A stretch of 43,412 nt of DNA from Candidatus Woesearchaeota archaeon (GCA_964465795.1 CAYXLD010000002.1:4855-48266); one strand, 5' to 3'. Counted from the first letter of the stretch, positions 1 to 9,408 are shown. The notes: generated by a model from the letters alone, not told the origin. Translations and numbers: made by a program.

Positions 1-55
1 TCAACTTGGCAAGCGATGGGATAACGAATATGAAAATGTTTATGGAGAGAAATGG
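1..55 (+). repeat. 55-bp perfect direct repeat, copy 1 (identical to 232..286), at the window edge
   Basis: Bases 1-55 are identical to 232-286 at an offset of 231 nt (77 codons, in frame). Both copies encode QLGKRWDNEYENVYGEKW. Confidence 0.9.
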
Positions 56-2794
56 ATGCCTCCTGGAGTTATACAACCTATTGATATTGATAGTGATGAA
101 ACTCGTGAAGAAAGAGAAGAGAAAACAAAAAGATCAGAAGAACTCACTAATAAATTAAGAGATGAAGGGGTTATGAATAAATGGATTGAAGAATTAAGGT
201 CTGAAGGTTTATCTGAATCAGAGATCAATGCTCAACTTGGCAAGCGATGGGATAACGAATATGAAAATGTTTATGGAGAGAAATGGGCTCCCCTATTTGG
301 ATCTGATGTTGTTTGGATTGAAGATGATGAGACATATAAATTAATGCCTGTCTGGCTGCCTGTTGAAGTAATTCCAATCGGAAGAATAGATATTGATGTT
401 GATCCTGAAACAGGCGAGAAAAAAATTAAAGGATGGTATGATAACGGGAAATTTCATGATAATATTAAATGGGGGGGAGGATCTGTGATTGGAATTGATT
501 ACAAGGATCCTGCAACAGATTATAAGTATAGTTTCCAAGATGGAAGATATATATATACTACTCCAGCCGGTGTAACTTACGTTGAGAATTATCCTCTTCT
601 TGGAGAAGAAGGAAAGATTTATGAAGCAGAGAATAATTATAAGAATGGAGACGAAGTTTATACTTACTATAATAAAGATTCTAGCGGGAATATTGTTGAA
701 TATAAGTATTCTATTATAGGTTATGAAGCAGAAATTAAAGATACGAGAGAATTGGAAGAACGAGGAGAAGGAAAACCTGAAGCATCAGAAGATGGGACGC
801 AGGAAACAGTAATTGTAGATAGAAATGAGAAAGTCAGTGTTGTTTATCCACCCGGCGTTTATCCTGTTGATGGAGGCGATGGAAGAGTAGAGATTAGTCC
901 TATTGATGTTATATATGTTAATGAAGATGGATTGCTAAATAATTGGGATGTTGATCCTGGTTTTAACACTTATATAAACTCTGAAACAGGAAAAGTATTT
1001 ATCCCTGATAGTTCATATCATAAAAAGAACTATGTTTATGATCCGGCAATTGACAGTTATAAATATACTGGGCCAGAAGGAGAATGGAAATACAAAGGAG
1101 AAGGTCTTTGGGAGGCGCCTGATGGAAGTAAAGTTCAGAAATCTTATCTTCCTGCACCAGTTGGATATGAAGATTCCGGTGAATATACTACTCCTTCAGG
1201 GGATAGATGGGCATTCAATAAAGATATAAGTGCGTGGGAGAAATTTGATTTATCAGGTTCAAAAGTTGAGAGTTATACGCCTCCGCCAAATCATTATGTT
1301 TCTTATGATGGCACAAAATATGTCGATTATAGAGGGAATGTGTATGATTCTGCCAGATGGCAAACAGATGGAGTAAGTTATTCTGGAGGAAAAACATGGA
1401 ATTATAATTCTGCGACAGGGGTTTGGGAATCTCCACAAGGAGATAAATATGATCCAACGACTGGGACACATACTGGTGGAGATCCTGGATATAGTTATGG
1501 GAGAGTTTATGATGCTAGCGGGAAAGAAGTGAAAACTTATAATTATGAGCACGGTTATCGTGTTTATAATCCTGATGGTAGTGTCAGCCGCTATTCATAT
1601 AAGGATTCTAGTTATACAAATATTCCTCAAATTTATACTGACCCTTATACCGGAGCGACATGGACAAGAAATGTAGATGGTACTTGGAGTTCTGATTCAA
1701 AAGGAGGGATTAATCAAGGCAGCAGAGAGGGATATGCAAAAGTTGGAACTACCTATACTGATCCTACAACTGGCGATGTTTATGTAGTAGATTCTTCATT
1801 GGGATGGTCATTGAATGGAAAAGCTGTACCGCCACCTTCCGGACAACCAAGCTCTGAAGTTGGAACAGGCTATAGCAGGAGTTATAGCGGTTCTGGTGGT
1901 CCTGGTTATTATGGTAGCTGGAGTAATAGAAACTACAATTATTACGACGCTAAAACTGGCGAATATTATAATTTGCCTTCAGGGATAAGTCCTGATTCTT
2001 CAAGTGCTAGAAATTATAAAGTAAGCGATCCTTATGGCCATGATCCTGCTTTTGGCACTAATCCAGGCGGCGCACCTGTGAGCAGCTATTCTAGGACACC
2101 AAAAGAAGGAACTTATTCGCCTTCTGGAAGCGGAATAGGACATATTTATGAAAATGGACAATGGCGACAAGCTGATCCTGTTGAAGACTCTGCAGCGATA
2201 GCTAATGCACAATCTTCTGGAAATGTTTATTATAGCCCGGGATATTATGGCGGTTCTGGTTATAGTAGTGGAAGTTATTCAGGATCAGGAAGCTCTTCGC
2301 AATATGGCTATGGATGCGCCAATGGAGCTTGCGGCGGAGGATATTATTATGGGGGTGGGCCTGATATAGGAGCAGGTCAGCCATGGGGTCCGGGTACACC
2401 AGGATACACACCAGGATATGTGCCTCCTTCTGGAGGATATCAAGGAGGATATTATGGCCCTGGTGGGGGCGGCGGGCCTTATCCGAGTAGTGGAGAACCC
2501 TATAGTTCTTATTCTGGAGGATATTATGGGCCTGATGATCCTGCTGGACCTAATTATGCTGGCTCTGGTTATAGTGGTGGCAGTGGAAGTTATTCAGGAT
2601 CAGGAAGTTATAGCGGAGGCTCATACTCTGGGGGAAGTTATAGTGGAGGAGACAGTGGAGGCTCAAGCGGAAGTAGTTCAAGCGGCGGAGATTCAGGAGG
2701 AAGTGCGCCTACCGGTGGGGTTGTCAGAGAATTTGATGTTCAGGATTATGGATTTGGAGATGCAGTAAAATATATGTTTACTAAAATTTTTTAA
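2..2794 (+). CDS. Large Tyr/Gly/Asp/Pro-rich repetitive protein with a [G/S]Y[G/S] low-complexity tail, probably 5'-partial; putative surface/adhesive protein
   Basis: The reading frame is open from base 2 to TAA at 2792-2794. The first ATG is at 56, but there is no upstream stop, and the repeated module continues to the window edge. The body has short Y/W/D/G hairpin-like repeats (YxYD, TGxW). The C-terminal ~290 aa are GSY low complexity. I recognise no enzyme motif. Confidence 0.6.
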   Translation, partial: QLGKRWDNEYENVYGEKWMPPGVIQPIDIDSDETREEREEKTKRSEELTNKLRDEGVMNKWIEELRSEGLSESEINAQLGKRWDNEYENVYGEKWAPLFGSDVVWIEDDETYKLMPVWLPVEVIPIGRIDIDVDPETGEKKIKGWYDNGKFHDNIKWGGGSVIGIDYKDPATDYKYSFQDGRYIYTTPAGVTYVENYPLLGEEGKIYEAENNYKNGDEVYTYYNKDSSGNIVEYKYSIIGYEAEIKDTRELEERGEGKPEASEDGTQETVIVDRNEKVSVVYPPGVYPVDGGDGRVEISPIDVIYVNEDGLLNNWDVDPGFNTYINSETGKVFIPDSSYHKKNYVYDPAIDSYKYTGPEGEWKYKGEGLWEAPDGSKVQKSYLPAPVGYEDSGEYTTPSGDRWAFNKDISAWEKFDLSGSKVESYTPPPNHYVSYDGTKYVDYRGNVYDSARWQTDGVSYSGGKTWNYNSATGVWESPQGDKYDPTTGTHTGGDPGYSYGRVYDASGKEVKTYNYEHGYRVYNPDGSVSRYSYKDSSYTNIPQIYTDPYTGATWTRNVDGTWSSDSKGGINQGSREGYAKVGTTYTDPTTGDVYVVDSSLGWSLNGKAVPPPSGQPSSEVGTGYSRSYSGSGGPGYYGSWSNRNYNYYDAKTGEYYNLPSGISPDSSSARNYKVSDPYGHDPAFGTNPGGAPVSSYSRTPKEGTYSPSGSGIGHIYENGQWRQADPVEDSAAIANAQSSGNVYYSPGYYGGSGYSSGSYSGSGSSSQYGYGCANGACGGGYYYGGGPDIGAGQPWGPGTPGYTPGYVPPSGGYQGGYYGPGGGGGPYPSSGEPYSSYSGGYYGPDDPAGPNYAGSGYSGGSGSYSGSGSYSGGSYSGGSYSGGDSGGSSGSSSSGGDSGGSAPTGGVVREFDVQDYGFGDAVKYMFTKIF
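232..286 (+). repeat. 55-bp perfect direct repeat, copy 2
   Basis: Identical to 1-55. The copies diverge at base 56 versus 287. The flanking peptide is also related (PPGVIQPIDIDSDE versus VEVIPIGRIDIDVDPE). Confidence 0.9.
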
Positions 2795-2861
2795 TTTTTG
2801 CTTTTTAAATTGATTTATTATAATTATAAAAATTTATAAATATAAGGTAACTCAAATAAAT

Positions 2862-4133
2862 GTGAATACTAAAAGAGGATTGAATAGTGCTATGACTGCT
2901 TTATTATTAATTGCGCTAGCAATAGCTGCAATAATAATAATTTGGACATTTCTTAAAACAGGCTTAGTTGATTTAAGCAGCCAAATAAAAACAGAATGTG
3001 TAACACTGCGATTAGAGCCAGAAAGTTGTATTATAAAGCAAGATAATTCGTTACAAATAACTTTAAAACGAAATCCTGGAAGCGAAAAAACAAATTTAAA
3101 AACAGCAAAATTGCTTTTTACTTTTATTGATGGAGACAGTTTAATAAAAGAATTTACAGATCTTCCTAATACTATATCTCAATTTATATTACTGCCCCAG
3201 GTTTTTCCATCAGAACTTTTAAATAAGCAAGTGAAAGGAATCAGAGCAGCGGCAATTATTGATTACGAGGATAAAATGAGGGCTTGTTCATTTTCAAATA
3301 ATGAAATTTCTTGCTTCCCTGAGAGAATAACCGACGAAGGATCAACTGTTATTAGAGGTCAAATTTGTGGAGATAATATTGTTGAAGGTACTGAAGTTTG
3401 CGACGACGGAGCATTAAATGGACAACCTAATCAATGTAATACACAGTGTGATGGTATTGTATCGCCTCCCCCTACCCCTATAGATTGCTCAGATAGTACT
3501 ACAATAACTTTTCAAAGCTGGTATAAGGATCCATTTACAGGCCAGTTGGTATCTGATTTCTGGGCAGATAAGGATCCACAGTGGACTAGTCGTTGGACAA
3601 TATCTAATGGAGAAATGATTTCAAATTCTAATGGAGAATTGTTTTTAATTGACTTAACAGGAGATTTTTCCATAGAAATGGGCTGGCATATTTATGTTGG
3701 AAACTCATTCGGATTTTTCACTGAATATCCAGGAGATGACGGATTCATTTATAGAATATACTATAAGTGGTCTGGAAACGGGCTTGGATTATATAGATTA
3801 AGGGCATATAGAGATAGAGGAAATTATATTAATGGTGTTTTCGAAAGAGATACAGCAACTTCTCCACCTTTCGTTTTAGGCAGACAATCTTATAGAGAAA
3901 GCGAGGCGTTTGATCCTGTTAGAGAAATAGATATAAAGTTGGTCAGAATTGGAAATCTTTTCACGTGGTATTATAGATATCCTCCAATAACAACATGGAC
4001 TCTTTATACGCAACAAACAATTACTGATGCAAAGCCTATTCTAAATCTTTATTTTGACGAAGGGAGTAATCAAGCACTTACATATGTGCAATTTGAATCA
4101 GCAACTTCAGGAACATTCCCTTGTGAACAATAA
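2862..4133 (+). CDS. Pilin-like (class III signal peptide) secreted protein with a Cys-rich CGDxxxxxxExCDDG repeat and a C-terminal domain of unknown function
   Basis: GTG start. The N-terminus is MNTKRG|LNSAMTALLLIALAIAAIIIIW, i.e. a basic KRG motif followed by a hydrophobic helix, typical of archaeal prepilin/archaellin-like signals. ICGDNIVEGTEVCDDGALNGQPNQCNTQCDG matches the myxococcal-type cysteine-rich repeat pattern. Confidence 0.6.
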   Translation: MNTKRGLNSAMTALLLIALAIAAIIIIWTFLKTGLVDLSSQIKTECVTLRLEPESCIIKQDNSLQITLKRNPGSEKTNLKTAKLLFTFIDGDSLIKEFTDLPNTISQFILLPQVFPSELLNKQVKGIRAAAIIDYEDKMRACSFSNNEISCFPERITDEGSTVIRGQICGDNIVEGTEVCDDGALNGQPNQCNTQCDGIVSPPPTPIDCSDSTTITFQSWYKDPFTGQLVSDFWADKDPQWTSRWTISNGEMISNSNGELFLIDLTGDFSIEMGWHIYVGNSFGFFTEYPGDDGFIYRIYYKWSGNGLGLYRLRAYRDRGNYINGVFERDTATSPPFVLGRQSYRESEAFDPVREIDIKLVRIGNLFTWYYRYPPITTWTLYTQQTITDAKPILNLYFDEGSNQALTYVQFESATSGTFPCEQ

Positions 4134-4143
4134 ATATAAAAAT

Positions 4144-5883
4144 CTATTCTCTATTCTTTATTTTTTTATCTATTTCTGATAAAAATTTATCAATTTTTAT
4201 GCCTGGTTTTGGCTTTGCTCCTCTCTCTCTTACTGCTAAAGTATCATTTTCTTCTTCTTTATCTCCAATTACTATAATGTAAGGAATTTTTTGCATTTCT
4301 GCGTCCCTTACTTTTTCACTAATTGTTGTATTTCTAAAATCTGAATCAATTCTTAATTTTTGGATTTCATTTTGAAGTTTAGTTATAACTTTTTGTGCAG
4401 ATTTAATGTTTCTTTCTGTAAAGTTAATAATTCTGATTTGTATTGGGGAGAGCCATACCGGCAGAGCGCCATTTAAGTGTTCTAATAATATTCCAATGAA
4501 TCTTTCTAGAGAGCCAAATACTACGCGGTGTAATACTATAGGAGTATAAGATTTGTTATCCTTATCTATATATTCCAACTCGAATCTATTTGGCATATTG
4601 AAATCCAGTTGTAATGTAGAACATTGCCATTCTCTACCTAAAGAATCCTTGATTACAATGTCAAGACTTGGCCCATAGAATTTAGCTTCTCCTGGAGTTA
4701 TTTCAAATTTCAATTTCAATTTCTTTAATCCAGAAGCCAATGCTTTTTCTGCATTTTCCCATAATTTGTCGTCGCCTAAATATTTTTCTTTTTTTTCTTT
4801 ATTTCTACTGCTGATAGTAAATGAATATTTAAATCCAAATTTTTCCAGAAAAAACTTAAATAAGTTAATAACATTAATTATTTCCTCTTCAAGCTGATTT
4901 TCTGCAAGGAAAATATGGGCATCATCTTGGCTGATTCTTATTACTCTTAATAATCCTGATAAAGTTCCTGATAACTCTTTTCGATGTGCAATTCCTAATT
5001 CTGATAATCTAAGAGGAAGGTCTTTATATGATCTAGTTTTAGCCTTATAAACCAGCATCGCACCAGGACAATTCATTGGTTTAACTGCAAAATCTCTATT
5101 TTCATAATTTGTAATAAACATATTTTCTTTATACAAATTCCAATGTCCCGATACTTTCCAAACTTTATTGTCCATAATTTGAGGCGTAAGTATTTCTTTA
5201 TATCCTGCGATTTTATGAATTTCTCTCCACATCTCGATTAATCCATTTAATATTATTAATCCATTTTCATGCCAAAATGGCTGTCCAGGAGCAGCTTCAT
5301 TAAAGCTGAATAAATCCAATTTTTGCCCTAATATTCTATGGTCGTTTTCTTTTAATTTAGATGTATCGAGTTTTGTTCTTGATATTTCTCTTAATAGCTT
5401 TTTTGGATCATAGTCTTCAATATTATTGTGAAAAAGCTTCCCAATTTTTTCAGATTTTTCTATATATATCTCTGACCTAAATTCTTTTGATAGCTCTGCA
5501 AGAGGGTGGCCCTTGCATTTTAATTCGAATTGTTTATAATGTCCAAATGGTGCTCTTGTTACTTCATAGCCTGAATTTTGAAGAGTATGTTCTGCTTCGG
5601 ATAAATACTCTAGCGCAGTATCTGGATTAGCTAAATTTGAAGATAAGTGGGCGTATGGGTATAGAACAATGGTTTTTGTATTCACATCGCTCGCTGTTTT
5701 TTTGACTGCTTCGATTAGTTGTTTTACTGTTTTGTCATTATCGCCTTTTTCTATAGCAGTTAAAACAACTAAAGGCTCTTTTACAAAAACCTCTCCTTTG
5801 CTTTTTATTTCTTCAGCATTTTTAATTGCTTTTTTAATGGCTTTAAATTTAATATAATCACAATGAAGGGTAATTATCCTCAT
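4144..5883 (-). CDS. thrS: Threonyl-tRNA synthetase, archaeal type with N-terminal editing domain
   Basis: Class II motifs are present: HRKELSGTLSGLLRVIRISQDDAHIF and GSLERFIGILLEH. The N-terminus MRIITLHCDYIKFKA is typical of the archaeal ThrRS editing domain. I chose the start at ATG 5883; the ORF-track start at 5991 adds 36 non-homologous residues. Confidence 0.9.
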   Translation of the reverse strand: MRIITLHCDYIKFKAIKKAIKNAEEIKSKGEVFVKEPLVVLTAIEKGDNDKTVKQLIEAVKKTASDVNTKTIVLYPYAHLSSNLANPDTALEYLSEAEHTLQNSGYEVTRAPFGHYKQFELKCKGHPLAELSKEFRSEIYIEKSEKIGKLFHNNIEDYDPKKLLREISRTKLDTSKLKENDHRILGQKLDLFSFNEAAPGQPFWHENGLIILNGLIEMWREIHKIAGYKEILTPQIMDNKVWKVSGHWNLYKENMFITNYENRDFAVKPMNCPGAMLVYKAKTRSYKDLPLRLSELGIAHRKELSGTLSGLLRVIRISQDDAHIFLAENQLEEEIINVINLFKFFLEKFGFKYSFTISSRNKEKKEKYLGDDKLWENAEKALASGLKKLKLKFEITPGEAKFYGPSLDIVIKDSLGREWQCSTLQLDFNMPNRFELEYIDKDNKSYTPIVLHRVVFGSLERFIGILLEHLNGALPVWLSPIQIRIINFTERNIKSAQKVITKLQNEIQKLRIDSDFRNTTISEKVRDAEMQKIPYIIVIGDKEEENDTLAVRERGAKPKPGIKIDKFLSEIDKKIKNRE

Positions 5884-5977
5884 ATGAAATTTAAACGATG
5901 CATATTTATAAATATTCACATTGTATTTTTCTTCAATATTCCAAAAGATTTTTAAAGCAAATAATATTTTTTTGAGT

Positions 5978-6238
5978 ATGAATGATAGCAATAAAACTTT
6001 AGTAGAAAGCCTGTCGATTAAGGTTATTATTTATATTCATGATTTAGGCGGAATGGTTTCAGCGGAAAAAGTCTCAGACCATATTAATTTGTTGAATCAT
6101 GGAATGAAAAATTTATTAGATGATGTAATAGACTATTGCACCAGAAACGATAAGCTTTCTATTCTTTATGCAAGAAATGTACCTAATAAAGAACCTGATT
6201 TAAGCGATATATATTATATTTCTTCTAAGAAGTTTTAG
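5978..6238 (+). CDS. Hypothetical small protein
   Basis: ORF 5921..6238. ATG 5978 (MNDSNK...) avoids overlap with the thrS 5' end. No motif recognised. Confidence 0.3.
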   Translation: MNDSNKTLVESLSIKVIIYIHDLGGMVSAEKVSDHINLLNHGMKNLLDDVIDYCTRNDKLSILYARNVPNKEPDLSDIYYISSKKF

Positions 6239-6606
6239 TAGCATTTAGATAAATATCTTAGCTCATTTAGGTTTCTTATTCCATATATTAAAGAATTATT
6301 TATCTCCCATGCAGGAACGCTTTTTATCTCTTTGCACTGGATTGGACTTTCTGAACAGTTAATATAATTTAAAATTTTAAATGCTTCATCTTTGAATAAT
6401 TTTTTTTGCAAACTACAGTCTGGACAGCTGTCTGCCCCATAAATTTTTACTTTTTTTAAGGCGAGGCATCTTGCCAGATCCATTTCAGGACTTTCGTCGA
6501 TTATATATCCTGTGGTTTTTGAAAACCAGTCAGAGAATATATAGAGTGAAGCCACCAAGAGAATAGCAAAAATAAATGTTATAGCCGCTTTCACAACCTT
6601 TTTCAT
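6235..6606 (-). CDS. Membrane-anchored thioredoxin/glutaredoxin-like protein (CPDC active site)
   Basis: N-terminal signal anchor. KIYGADSCPDCSLQKKLF ... INCSE ... CKEIKSVPAWEI resembles the Trx-like domain that pairs with VKOR-type oxidoreductases (YGAxWCPHC ... yPTW pattern). Confidence 0.55.
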   Translation of the reverse strand: MKKVVKAAITFIFAILLVASLYIFSDWFSKTTGYIIDESPEMDLARCLALKKVKIYGADSCPDCSLQKKLFKDEAFKILNYINCSESPIQCKEIKSVPAWEINNSLIYGIRNLNELRYLSKCY

Positions 6607-6685
6607 AATTAAACAAAATAACTGCTATTTTTATTCTTTTCCATTATTGCAAAAGATTTATAATCTCTGTTTATTTAAAAATATC

Positions 6686-7249
6686 ATGGCATTGGAAATT
6701 TTTATATGGGTGATTATTGCTCTAGTAGCGCTTTTAGTTATAATGTTTATATTTTATTATAATAGATTTATAGTTTTGGGCAATAGAATTGATAATTCTC
6801 TGGCTCAAATAGATGTACAATTAAAGAAAAGAGCAGATTTAGTTCCTAATTTAATTAATACTGTCAAAGGTTATGCAAAACATGAAAAATTAATTATTGC
6901 AGACGTTACTAACGCCAGAAAGGCACTTTTATCGGCAAAATCTCTCCCAGATCGAGTTAAAGCCGGGTCAGAGTTACAAACAGCCCTTAAATCTATATTT
7001 GCATTAGCAGAAAATTATCCGCAATTAAGGGCAAATGAAAATTTTCTGCATTTACAGCAAGAATTGGCTGCTATAGAGGACAAAGTTGCATACACTAGGC
7101 AGTTTTATAATGATTCTATTCTTTCTTATAATAATTCTGTTGAAACTTTCCCAGGAGTAATGTTTGCTAAGATTTTTGGCAAATCTGAAAAGCCTTCTTT
7201 GGAGATAACTCCAGAAGAAAGAGCAGTTCCTAAAGTTAAGTTTGAATGA
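6686..7249 (+). CDS. lemA: LemA family membrane protein
   Basis: One N-terminal TM helix, then YNRFIVLGNRIDNSLAQIDVQLKKRADLVPNLINTVKGYAKHEK and ENYPQLRANENFLHLQQEL, typical of LemA. I prefer ATG at 6686 to the TTG at 6647. Confidence 0.85.
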   Translation: MALEIFIWVIIALVALLVIMFIFYYNRFIVLGNRIDNSLAQIDVQLKKRADLVPNLINTVKGYAKHEKLIIADVTNARKALLSAKSLPDRVKAGSELQTALKSIFALAENYPQLRANENFLHLQQELAAIEDKVAYTRQFYNDSILSYNNSVETFPGVMFAKIFGKSEKPSLEITPEERAVPKVKFE

Positions 7250-7284
7250 ATTAATTTTATATACTCTCCTATCAATCTATAAGT

Positions 7285-8184
7285 ATGGCAGAAAGACTAT
7301 CTTTTCATGATGAAATACAGAAAAATAAAATAAAATCATTTTTATTAATGATTATTATCTTTTGCTTTATTCTTGGATTAGGATATATAATTTCTTTAAT
7401 CTTAGATCCATCATTATTTTTCTTTATAATGATAATTGCAACTATATTTTCCTTGCTTTATATTTTAATTAGCTATTATAATTCTGATAAAATAGCGTTG
7501 GCTTCGGTAAATGCAAAGCCAGCTTCTCAAATAGAACATAGGATGCTGTTTCATGCTGTCGAATCAATGGCATTTGCTTCAGGATTGCCAATGCCAAAGG
7601 TTTATGTAATGGAATCAGATCAAATAAATGCATTTGCGTCTGGTAGAGATCCAAAAAATGCAGTAATTTGCGTTACAACAGGAGCATTAAAAAAACTTTC
7701 TAAGCATGAATTAGAAGGCGTAATTGCACACGAGATGTCTCATATAGCAAATTTTGATATTCGATTCATGACTTTAACTGCTGTTTTGGTGGGAATGGTT
7801 TCTATTATTGCACAGCTATTTTTAAGAAATTTATGGTTTGCTAATTCCAGAGAAAATAAAAAGGGAGGCGTGATTTTAATATTGATTGCAATATTTGCAT
7901 CAATTCTTGCGCCTATTGCGGCACAGCTTGTTTCTCTGGCAATATCAAGGAAAAGAGAATTTACAGCAGATGCGACGGGCGTAAAACTTATGCGTTCTCC
8001 AACTGGGTTAAAAAATGCGCTTGAAAAGATTCGCGACGAGCATGTTTTAGATAGAGATAAACATAGATATCCTAAGGCAGTTGCTCCTCTATTTATCGGC
8101 GATCCTTATAAGAAGAAGATGCAGGACTTATTTTCTACTCATCCCGATGTTAACGAAAGAATTAAAAAATTATCTTCAATGTGA
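7285..8184 (+). CDS. htpX: HtpX-family M48 zinc metalloprotease
   Basis: HEMSH zinc motif (VIAHEMSHIANFD), four TM segments, REFTADA and STHPDVNERI signatures. It lies directly downstream of lemA, a known conserved pair. Confidence 0.9.
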   Translation: MAERLSFHDEIQKNKIKSFLLMIIIFCFILGLGYIISLILDPSLFFFIMIIATIFSLLYILISYYNSDKIALASVNAKPASQIEHRMLFHAVESMAFASGLPMPKVYVMESDQINAFASGRDPKNAVICVTTGALKKLSKHELEGVIAHEMSHIANFDIRFMTLTAVLVGMVSIIAQLFLRNLWFANSRENKKGGVILILIAIFASILAPIAAQLVSLAISRKREFTADATGVKLMRSPTGLKNALEKIRDEHVLDRDKHRYPKAVAPLFIGDPYKKKMQDLFSTHPDVNERIKKLSSM

Positions 8185-9408
8185 TTACTTTAAGTAATTC
8201 TTAGACCATTGATTATATTCAGCGTCTTTGAATATGAATTGTGAGGGGTGTCTTGCATAATTTGTTAACCAAGATTTGAGGTTGTCTTCTGGGCATTTTA
8301 CTATATCTCTGCTGAATTCCAATATATTTTTAATTCCATATGGAATTTTTACGGCAGTTTCAATACCGTTAAATACATTTTCAGTGCCAGCTTCACGCAT
8401 ATTCTCTAAAGTTTTTTGCGCTAAAATTACAGGAAATAAGCAGAATGCTTTGTAGCCGCTTAATTTATAAGGGATTTGATTTATGTACCTCATTGCATAG
8501 TTAAATTTATTTTGTGCAAAGGAAAGGACTTTATTTAGAACCTTTTGCCTTACAGCAATAGCATCTACGGAATTTCCGTCCATCATAGATTCAAAACTAA
8601 TGCCTTTGTGTATCCATGAGCCTGGGAAAAATCTTCTTCCTTCTTCATAATCTGATCTGACATTTTTTGCGATATTTGTTAATTGTAGATACTTGGCAAG
8701 CTGTTCAGCTAGAAAATCATCTAGTTTTATAGGATTTCCGCATTCATCCTTGTCTTTTAATTTAACTAACTCATTGAGAAATATTTTTCCGATATTTCCT
8801 GCGACCATGTCGCAGTAATCATCTAACTGCCTAAGTGTTTCTATAGGCCCCCTTTCTATAAAAATAATCATTCCGTGAGCCATGCTTTTTATACTATAAT
8901 CTAATGACTTTTTTATACTAGTTCCTACTTCACCTTCTTTTCCTATTTCATAGAAATCCCTCCAGACAACGCCCCTCCCAAAATGCTCTGCAAAAATTTT
9001 CCCAATTTTATCAGGTTCGTTTTCAATGAGCCATTTTGTAACGCTTCTTGCTTCATCTCCTAAAATAATATCTTCTATACCTTTCCCTTCAATATATTCC
9101 CTTTTTGCAATTTCACCGCAAATATAGGCGATTCTATTTATCATACCAATTCTTTCAGTTCTTAATTCTTGAGCATTTTTTCCACTGTTTTTATCTGTTG
9201 GAATATCTTCGCCTTGATCAAGATGCCTAAAGAGATTATATGCTATTCTAACATCATTTTCTTTTGGAGCCTCTTCGATACCTCTACTCTCCTCAAGAAG
9301 TTTTATTGCAGGGTAATATGTTCTAGATTTTATTCTAAGTAATTCGTCTGAGTTTAAGTCTTGAACTTCAGCTTTTTTAGTTATTTCATCAAGCTTATCG
9401 ATAATCAT
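8185..9408 (-). CDS. Squalene/phytoene synthase family protein (eukaryote-like squalene-synthase pattern)
   Basis: SRTYYPAI, YNLFRHLDQGEDI (first Asp-rich motif), YCDMVAGNIGKIFL, LQLTNIAKNVRSDYEEGRRFFPGSW (second motif plus the GRxFWP-like box) and FCLFPVILAQKTL are collinear with SQS_PSY signatures. Confidence 0.7.
   Translation of the reverse strand: MIIDKLDEITKKAEVQDLNSDELLRIKSRTYYPAIKLLEESRGIEEAPKENDVRIAYNLFRHLDQGEDIPTDKNSGKNAQELRTERIGMINRIAYICGEIAKREYIEGKGIEDIILGDEARSVTKWLIENEPDKIGKIFAEHFGRGVVWRDFYEIGKEGEVGTSIKKSLDYSIKSMAHGMIIFIERGPIETLRQLDDYCDMVAGNIGKIFLNELVKLKDKDECGNPIKLDDFLAEQLAKYLQLTNIAKNVRSDYEEGRRFFPGSWIHKGISFESMMDGNSVDAIAVRQKVLNKVLSFAQNKFNYAMRYINQIPYKLSGYKAFCLFPVILAQKTLENMREAGTENVFNGIETAVKIPYGIKNILEFSRDIVKCPEDNLKSWLTNYARHPSQFIFKDAEYNQWSKNYLK

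Noticed and set aside
2418-2768. An alternative-frame 116-aa ORF inside the Gly/Ser/Tyr-rich region. Small minus-strand ORFs at 1215-1552 and 2000-2411 are similar.
   Set aside because: They are products of the repetitive GGN/AGY codon tract read out of frame. The long frame-2 ORF explains the region.
4144-5991. The ORF-track version of thrS, starting at 5991 (615 aa).
   Set aside because: The first 36 residues (MLSFILKK...) have no ThrRS-like character. The Met at 5883 begins MRIITLHCDYIKF, the typical archaeal editing-domain N-terminus.
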